64,000 nucleotides of DNA from an uncultured Candidatus Saccharibacteria bacterium (GTDB lineage Bacteria; Patescibacteriota; Doudnabacteria; UBA920), in the NCBI GenBank assembly GCA_964617815.1, contig CAZTXY010000001.1:67120-131119 (forward strand), read 5' to 3'. Numbering within the stretch: position 1 is the first letter of the stretch; each line of letters opens with the position of its first letter. Both the position numbers and the translations under genes were made by a program. Shown here piece by piece: positions 58,120-64,000 of the stretch. The notes under the pieces were generated by a model. It worked only from the letters and a program-made list of their open reading frames with translations. It had not been told where the DNA came from and ran no database searches.

Positions 58120-59376
58120 ATGTTAGGTAAAGGAGACTGTATCTTACAAGTTAGTCACTGGGTATCTGTATTCTCGCGCAAGGCCAAGACCGCTTGGTTT
58201 GTCACCCAATATTTTGCCAAAAAATTTCTGGTGGTTTTAAACTCAAGACTTCCAGGTATCACTAAACATTACGCTAACAACTTTCCAGCAGTCCATCTTC
58301 GAATGGATCGTTGGTTTTATTTTTCTAACTTTTCCAGTGAACTCGTTTTTATAGCGCTTGTAGTTTTTGTTTCTATATTTAGCATTTGGAATTTTCAAAT
58401 AAGCTCCGCTTCAACTGATCAAAGCTTAGCAATGAAACTACTGTCTTATCACAGCGATCTAAACCCAAAACTCTACGCTCAAAGTAACACTATTAAAACA
58501 GTTGTTGTGGGCAATAATAGGTTTGTTTCTGAAGCCTATGCGGAAGAAAGCCTCACTCCACAAATCTCTGAAGAAACAACTGTCAACTTAGTCGAAGAAG
58601 AAGAGGACGTAATTGTAGACAATGCCATCACCAATCCAAATGGTTCTGATGCCCAAAAACTTCTCCACAAACAAATTCAAATTTATACTACGCAGCCTGG
58701 AGACACATTAGCTAAAATTTCCAAACAATTTGGCATAAGCATGAACACTATTATGTGGGCCAATGGTTTATCTGGTAGCACTATTAAACCTGGTTGGTAT
58801 TTGAAAATTTTGCCTTCAAATGGAATTTTAATACAAGCAGGACCAAACACAAGTTTAGCCGAAGTTGCTAAAAAGTATAACGGCGACCTTGCCACTCTTA
58901 TTGCTTACAATGGTCTTGAAGATGAAGAAGACTTACGCCAAGGAGATTTAATTATGTGTGTAAGTTGTAGCATACCCGCCCCACCAACCGCAGCCAAGCC
59001 TGCAGCCAAAAAAACTATCACCCCATCAATTCCTACCAACCTTGCCAAAGCTTCTGGTAATAACTTTGCTAAAGGACAATGCACAGACTATGTTGCTCGA
59101 GTTTTCTCTACTATGGGCAAAGAAATCCCTTGGCGCGGCAACGCCGGCAAGTGGGATAAAACCGCTCCCAAATTTGGCGCTTTGGTTAATCATCTCGCAA
59201 GTGTAGGGGCAATTATCCAGACAACTGACTCACCATATGGCCATGTAGGAGTAGTCGAATCAGTGAGCGGTAGCACCGTGACCTTCAGCGAATGGAATTA
59301 CGCCGGTAAATACAAAAAAACAGTCAGGACACTCTCTCTGAGCGATAAGAGCATTCGAAACTATATACATTACTAG
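58120..59376 (+). CDS. LysM-domain CHAP-family peptidoglycan hydrolase (start codon uncertain)
   Basis: LysM repeats (YTTQPGDTLAKISKQFG) and a CHAP domain (GQCTDYV ... PYGHVGVV). The N-terminal TM helix is around MDRWFYF. Confidence 0.7.
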   Translation: MLGKGDCILQVSHWVSVFSRKAKTAWFVTQYFAKKFLVVLNSRLPGITKHYANNFPAVHLRMDRWFYFSNFSSELVFIALVVFVSIFSIWNFQISSASTDQSLAMKLLSYHSDLNPKLYAQSNTIKTVVVGNNRFVSEAYAEESLTPQISEETTVNLVEEEEDVIVDNAITNPNGSDAQKLLHKQIQIYTTQPGDTLAKISKQFGISMNTIMWANGLSGSTIKPGWYLKILPSNGILIQAGPNTSLAEVAKKYNGDLATLIAYNGLEDEEDLRQGDLIMCVSCSIPAPPTAAKPAAKKTITPSIPTNLAKASGNNFAKGQCTDYVARVFSTMGKEIPWRGNAGKWDKTAPKFGALVNHLASVGAIIQTTDSPYGHVGVVESVSGSTVTFSEWNYAGKYKKTVRTLSLSDKSIRNYIHY

Positions 59377-59383
59377 ATATAAC

Positions 59384-59418
59384 AGTACTTGGTACCTAGT
59401 ACTGAGTACTTAGCACTA
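59384..59418. repeat. tandem heptamer array AGTACTN x5 (left arm)
   Basis: Reads agtactt ggtacct agtactg agtactt agcacta. Confidence 0.7.
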
Positions 59419-59447
59419 ACTTATATAATACTAAACTTTAACAAAAA

Positions 59448-59484
59448 TCCCTGCGCCAAAGGCGCAGGGATTTTTGTTATTTTT
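59448..59484 (+). terminator. Rho-independent terminator after the CHAP hydrolase gene
   Basis: Stem tccctgcgcc/ggcgcaggga followed by tttttgttattttt. Confidence 0.8.
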
Positions 59485-59487
59485 AAA

Positions 59488-59523
59488 CTAAGTACCAAGT
59501 ACTATTTACTAAGTACTTGAGCT
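59488..59523. repeat. tandem heptamer array (right arm, inverted relative to 59384-59418)
   Basis: ctaagtaccaagtactatttactaagtact is approximately the reverse complement of the left-arm array. Confidence 0.7.
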
Positions 59524-59525
59524 CA

Positions 59526-61331
59526 CTATTTTACCACTCGACCCTTCGCTCCTGCATTTGGAATATCGCCAGTAGAAATATCTTCGGCTTTTAAACTAAT
59601 CTTCTGGCCGGTAAAACTGTCGGTGCCAGAAAAAACAATTGTTTTTAACAACAAGACTTCTTGGTTAACCTGATCACTAGACGGATTAATTTGAACATTA
59701 AACGACAGTTTTCGAATAGGCTTAAACCCACCACTATGAGCGTCTAGTTTACCCACTTTCCAAGTTAACTTGCCTGTGGCTGAATCATAACTAACGCTTC
59801 TGGCTTCAGAAGCTAGAACACTGCTTGCATCAAATGCATTTGCAGAGAGTGGCAAAAACGCACTTAAAATAGAGTCACTATAATCGTTGGTCGCATTTTT
59901 CAAAGATAAAGTAATCCGGTAAGTTGTGACTTTACCAACTGCAGGTGGCAGACTTCCTGAGACATAATCCACACTGCCGGCAAGTGAGCTTGGACTGGAA
60001 ATTTTTACAGATAAATCATTCCCTGGCAAAAAAGTTTGATATTCATTTGATTTAATCTTAACTCTTGTAGTGACTAAAATATTAGTACTACTGTCTTTTA
60101 CTGCTGGATTTCGAACGCCAACTGAAAAAGTAACCGTTCCACTTTCACTTGGATTTAGAGTTTCCAAGTTTGGCATTGCTGATGCATTCCAAGAAATTGT
60201 ATCATTATTAACTTCCGCACCTTGAGCTTTAATCGTCGATAAATCTAAAGCCTTTGAGTCTAAACTAATAACAATATTGACTCCTTGCGCCACCACAGTC
60301 CCATTATTTTGATATTTAATGGTATATTGCAGGGTGTCCCCTGGTTTTGCAATTCCATCCTTAAACTGACTAGAAAGTTCTTGGGTGACCACAAGAGGCA
60401 AGCTACTTATTGTTGTTGTAAACTCACCAGTGCCTTGTGTATAGTAACTTCCATTTTCATCTAAGACTAACAGGGATGCTACAAATGGTTTTTGTTCGCC
60501 TGGTTGCGAGTCCTTAAAATTCCCTTGAAAAGTAATTGTGCCGCCAGCATCCTTTGCTAAACGACCAATATTCCATATGTCTTTACCTAAATCTGGTTTT
60601 GGCACGCTGTCTGCATAAACAAACCCGCTTGGATATTTAATTTGAATACGCGCATTCTCAATATCAGCGTCTGAGTTATTTTTATATTCCAGTGAATACT
60701 CTACCAATTGTGCATTATTTGTTGTACTTGGTCCTGTTAGCTCTAAAGTCACGTCTGACGCCACAAGTCTGGTTGTGCTTTCCGTCTCTGCTGTAAAGTC
60801 AGAATTAAAACTACGATATCGGTAATGCAACCTCGCGAGAAACTTTTTTTCATCATTAATATTACCTTGCAAACGAACTTTTATAATTACAACGGCATTT
60901 TGCCCAGAAATTAAGTCTGGAATAGTAAACACTGTACCTGATAAAGTATCAGCTGAAGGCTGACTTGAAAGATAACTTGCCCCTTGTGGATATATAGCCT
61001 CCACTTGCATATTAGTCAAAGTGCTACTGTCTTTATTTTCTATCTTAATTTTATAGACCGCTTCCCCACCACTTGCTGCGGTCTCAGGACCATCTATGCT
61101 AAAATCAACTTTTGCAGCTGTCGGATTAACTGCCCGTGGCCTAAAAGCAAAAAAAGCTAGAGCGCCAATAACTGCTAGTCCAATAATAATGGCCCAAACA
61201 TAATATTTATTACTCGTGTAAAATTGCCCTAAAGCAACTAAAAAACCTTTAAAGCCCGAAGGTTGAAGCCTCAGTTTTGTTGTTTGATCAAGTAAAGATT
61301 GCGGTACAGGTTTTTGTTTAAAATCATCCAT
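59526..61331 (-). CDS. large surface-anchored repeat protein (DUF11/CARDB-like Ig-fold repeats)
   Basis: N-terminal TM anchor followed by multiple beta-rich repeats about 100 aa long. Confidence 0.5.
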   Translation of the reverse strand: MDDFKQKPVPQSLLDQTTKLRLQPSGFKGFLVALGQFYTSNKYYVWAIIIGLAVIGALAFFAFRPRAVNPTAAKVDFSIDGPETAASGGEAVYKIKIENKDSSTLTNMQVEAIYPQGASYLSSQPSADTLSGTVFTIPDLISGQNAVVIIKVRLQGNINDEKKFLARLHYRYRSFNSDFTAETESTTRLVASDVTLELTGPSTTNNAQLVEYSLEYKNNSDADIENARIQIKYPSGFVYADSVPKPDLGKDIWNIGRLAKDAGGTITFQGNFKDSQPGEQKPFVASLLVLDENGSYYTQGTGEFTTTISSLPLVVTQELSSQFKDGIAKPGDTLQYTIKYQNNGTVVAQGVNIVISLDSKALDLSTIKAQGAEVNNDTISWNASAMPNLETLNPSESGTVTFSVGVRNPAVKDSSTNILVTTRVKIKSNEYQTFLPGNDLSVKISSPSSLAGSVDYVSGSLPPAVGKVTTYRITLSLKNATNDYSDSILSAFLPLSANAFDASSVLASEARSVSYDSATGKLTWKVGKLDAHSGGFKPIRKLSFNVQINPSSDQVNQEVLLLKTIVFSGTDSFTGQKISLKAEDISTGDIPNAGAKGRVVK

Positions 61332-61340
61332 AAACTATGG

Positions 61341-61368
61341 TTACTAGTTTCTAGTAGCTAGCCACTAG
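61341..61368. repeat. tandem heptamer array NNNCTAG x4
   Basis: Reads ttactag tttctag tagctag ccactag. Confidence 0.65.
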
Positions 61369-61381
61369 CCGCTTTCTGCAA

Positions 61382-62107
61382 TTATAACACTTTGTTTTGA
61401 TTCTGGAAAAATTTCTCAACCTTCATCTCTCGTTCCAATTGATGCTCAACAAATTCTGAAAGTAAAACTTTGAGACCACTGGCCTCTAAGCTGTCTATCA
61501 TATTAAGCTCTGCAAAAGAATGCTCTCCTAAATTTTTGGCTAAAGATACCAAACCTAAGCTCACAGGGATACCTGCGGGACTTTCTACAGAAGCGCAAAA
61601 ACCTCTGTCTGGATTAAACACTAACCCCTCAGAAGGTTTGGGAATTTGCATTCCAAACCCTAAGCTTTGACATGCCAGCATTCTAAACTTAAGATCTACT
61701 AAAATAATAACATTTTCGGGTAGGTTATCTTGATTTAAAAAATTTAAACACTCTGTAACTGCTTGAAATAAGGCAAGGTTTTTTTGACCGTCAGGAGTTG
61801 CTTTTAACAAAAGTTCAGCTATGCCAAACCAGACTTCAACAATTCTGTTATTGCTTCGGACTAAAGCAAAGTGGTTAATAACTTCAGCGTGAATTATTTT
61901 TGGCAACTGGCTTTGGCCAGCTACAGTAACTGCACACAAAAACATAGGCTGTAGAGCATGTTGGAGCTTACTTTTGGAAATTTTACTGCTTTTGGCCATC
62001 ACCCGAATTTTTCCTAACTCTTCTGTAAATAGAGTGATAATTTCATCAGCTTCACCAAAGGACTGTTTTTTTATAATAAATGCTGTGTATTTTTTTTCCC
62101 GTGACAT
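61382..62107 (-). CDS. recO: DNA repair protein RecO
   Basis: N-terminal OB fold (FIIKKQSFGEADEIITLFTEELGKIRV). Start trimmed to MSREKKYT. Confidence 0.65.
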   Translation of the reverse strand: MSREKKYTAFIIKKQSFGEADEIITLFTEELGKIRVMAKSSKISKSKLQHALQPMFLCAVTVAGQSQLPKIIHAEVINHFALVRSNNRIVEVWFGIAELLLKATPDGQKNLALFQAVTECLNFLNQDNLPENVIILVDLKFRMLACQSLGFGMQIPKPSEGLVFNPDRGFCASVESPAGIPVSLGLVSLAKNLGEHSFAELNMIDSLEASGLKVLLSEFVEHQLEREMKVEKFFQNQNKVL

Positions 62108-62196
62108 AGCTGTAGTGTACCATAACAATACACACTCTAATACGGTGCTGTATTAGAGTGTGTATTTATTTTTAATTACGGCTAGGCTCGCCTGTT

Positions 62197-62565
62197 TTAC
62201 TCTATACTATTTGTCCAAAGGAATTGCGGATACAACACATAAATATCGTCGCCTTTGTAAAAAGTATTAGTTATAAAGTCAAAATGACCAGTAGCATTAT
62301 TTTCCGTCACTCCGGGCAACAACCTTGTTCCGTTACTTAAAATAACTGGGTTTTTAGAATCCAAAATTACCGATTTAAAACTCCCTAAATTATTCCCAGA
62401 ACGTCCATAAATAGCAACCGAGACGGCTTTATTACTGGCATCACCACGAAGTGGGTGCAGACCTGCGCCCTGTAGCAATAAAGAGATCATTGCAAGTAAT
62501 AGGGCAGTAATTGCTACTGACCCAAAGATAATGTCTTTTTGGCTTAACATAAATTTTTGTTTCAA
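62197..62565 (-). CDS. hypothetical membrane-anchored protein
   Basis: 122 aa with an N-terminal TM helix. Confidence 0.4.
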   Translation of the reverse strand: MKQKFMLSQKDIIFGSVAITALLLAMISLLLQGAGLHPLRGDASNKAVSVAIYGRSGNNLGSFKSVILDSKNPVILSNGTRLLPGVTENNATGHFDFITNTFYKGDDIYVLYPQFLWTNSIE

Positions 62566-62575
62566 AAATTTTTCC

Positions 62576-64000
62576 TTAGACTTTTACTAATCCTAACCAA
62601 ATTGGTTGCCCACCGACTTCTGCTTGAATTTCAAAGTCGACTTCAACTTCAAGGCTTTTACTAACCTGATTAACAAATGTTTTTTTACGGTCTAGCAATG
62701 TAGTCGTGACAACTTCCAACTGACTGTCAGTGGTATTATAGTACAAATCAACTAGCTCGCCAATCTGCAAACCGCTTTTTTTGCGCAAATCTTGGACCTG
62801 ACGCTCTAATTCGCGAGCCAACCCTTCAAGTGCTAATTCTGGTGTAATTTCCAAATCTAAATAAAACTTAGCAATATTTTGATTTCCAGAAAATACTTTA
62901 ATAGTTTCAGGGCGAAGACCAGCCTTGTCAGACAATGCCGAGTCTACAACTTTTACGTTCAATTCTTCTAAAGCGATGGCCAATAGGTCTTCCGATAATT
63001 CATGCTTATTGTCTTTGAGCATAACAGCAATAGCTCGCAGGGGCTGGCGCACTGGCAAAACCAAATCTTTACGGGCATTGTGTCCAATACTAACTATTTC
63101 GCGAACAATATCCATTTCAGCCAACAATGGGTCAACTTCAACATTTTCAGAAACTTTTGGCCACGATACTAGGTTCACAGATTCTTTACCTGTAACATCG
63201 CGATAAATTCGCTCTGCTAAAAATGGCATAAATGGCGCAAATAACTTAGCGCTCTCTGCTAAGACATAGCCAAAAGTCTCTTTAGCCTCCAGTGCTTCTT
63301 GGCCGTCGGCTTTAATTCGGCCGCGACTGCGACGAACATACCAAGTAGAAAGGTCGTTGATAAAATCGACAAGAAGTTTAGCTGCTTTAACAGTATTATA
63401 GTTATCAAGCTGAAAAGTCACACCGCTCGTAACACGCTGAAGTTCTAGCATAATCCACCGGTCCAAAACATGGCTACTTTCTGGCTTAACTTCCGAGATA
63501 GGATTTTTCGCATAGAGTTTATACAAAGACAACATGTTCCAAAACAATCCCGAAACTTTGCGACTTAACTCCATAACCTGCTTTTCAGAAAAATTGATAT
63601 CATCACCATTCATAACTGGACAAGACAACAAATAGAATCTGACCACATCTATACCATATTTTTCAATCAAGACCCACGGATCAGGATAATTCTTTTTTGA
63701 CTTGGACATTTTATTACCATCTTCAGCTAAAATGTTGCCCGTTGTCACTACATGGCGAAATGGCTCGCGGTCAAAAATTGTACCACTGACTACATGCATT
63801 ACATAAAACCATGCTCTTGTTTGAGCAATATACTCAGCCACAAAATCTGCTGGGAAACGGTTCGAAAATAAATCTTTATTTTCAAACGGGTAATGAAGCT
63901 CAGCAAAAGGCATAGAAGCAGACTCAACCCAACAATCAACAACTTCAGGAACTCGGGTCATGGTTGCTTTACATTTTTCACAACTCAATTTTATTTCATC
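62576..64000 (-). CDS. ileS: isoleucyl-tRNA synthetase, C-terminal part (gene continues beyond the window's right edge)
   Basis: KMSKS motif and FPADFVAEYIAQTRAWFY. A C-terminal zinc-binding CxxC lies near the end. Confidence 0.85.
   Translation of the reverse strand, partial: DEIKLSCEKCKATMTRVPEVVDCWVESASMPFAELHYPFENKDLFSNRFPADFVAEYIAQTRAWFYVMHVVSGTIFDREPFRHVVTTGNILAEDGNKMSKSKKNYPDPWVLIEKYGIDVVRFYLLSCPVMNGDDINFSEKQVMELSRKVSGLFWNMLSLYKLYAKNPISEVKPESSHVLDRWIMLELQRVTSGVTFQLDNYNTVKAAKLLVDFINDLSTWYVRRSRGRIKADGQEALEAKETFGYVLAESAKLFAPFMPFLAERIYRDVTGKESVNLVSWPKVSENVEVDPLLAEMDIVREIVSIGHNARKDLVLPVRQPLRAIAVMLKDNKHELSEDLLAIALEELNVKVVDSALSDKAGLRPETIKVFSGNQNIAKFYLDLEITPELALEGLARELERQVQDLRKKSGLQIGELVDLYYNTTDSQLEVVTTTLLDRKKTFVNQVSKSLEVEVDFEIQAEVGGQPIWLGLVKV

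Overview
This window reads as a low-GC, small-genome bacterium with compact housekeeping operons. Gene content is consistent with a CPR/Patescibacteria-like or Gram-positive-like lineage, but that is inference only.

The core backbone runs mostly on the minus strand: ddl (partial), murF, serS, a Nudix hydrolase, PCD, greA, folD, mrdA-mreDCB, proS, rseP, frr, holB, gatCAB, then lemA-htpX, recX, clpC, comF, two tRNA-Ser genes, an ECF sigma factor with its partner, tspO, recG, radA, ksgA, uvrD/pcrA, recO, and ileS (partial).

Four things sit on top of that backbone.

1. Three compositional islands have by-eye GC of roughly 50-55%, against roughly 35-40% elsewhere. Each is built as promoter-gene-terminator modules.
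   - 22.3-23.2 kb: a Cys-rich zinc-finger-like protein plus a small basic protein.
   - 25.1-28.0 kb: a purE-purC operon with translational coupling (overlapping ATGGATGA) and a GTG start for purE. It is flanked by two divergent paralogous membrane-anchored proteins that carry identical TTGACT-17-TATACT promoters and a 22-nt identical 5' leader.
   - 37.8-38.25 kb: one small SD-preceded ORF with its own terminator.

2. A ~13.4 kb conjugation-like type IV secretion locus spans 41.1-54.55 kb. It has a DsbA-like oxidoreductase, a Cys-rich VirB1-like lytic transglycosylase fusion protein, a VirB4 ATPase split into two ORFs, a VirB3-like protein, two unknown proteins, a 1339-aa VirB6-like giant, and a small pilin-like membrane protein.

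3. Several families of short repeats are present.
   - A 75-90 bp MITE-like palindromic element with CTGTCATCC/GGAATGACAG termini occurs in 4 copies. One is a fragment inserted in-frame in miaA.
   - A family of tandem heptamer arrays built on AGTACT, CTAG and CTTAG cores sits in at least 9 intergenic spacers.
   - Two ~125-bp elements have perfect 18-19 bp terminal inverted repeats.

4. Smaller observations: a truncated tandem copy of the tRNA-Ser(GCU) 5' half; a CIRCE-like operator overlapping the clpC promoter; and numerous Rho-independent terminators.

No rRNA genes and no CRISPR array were seen.
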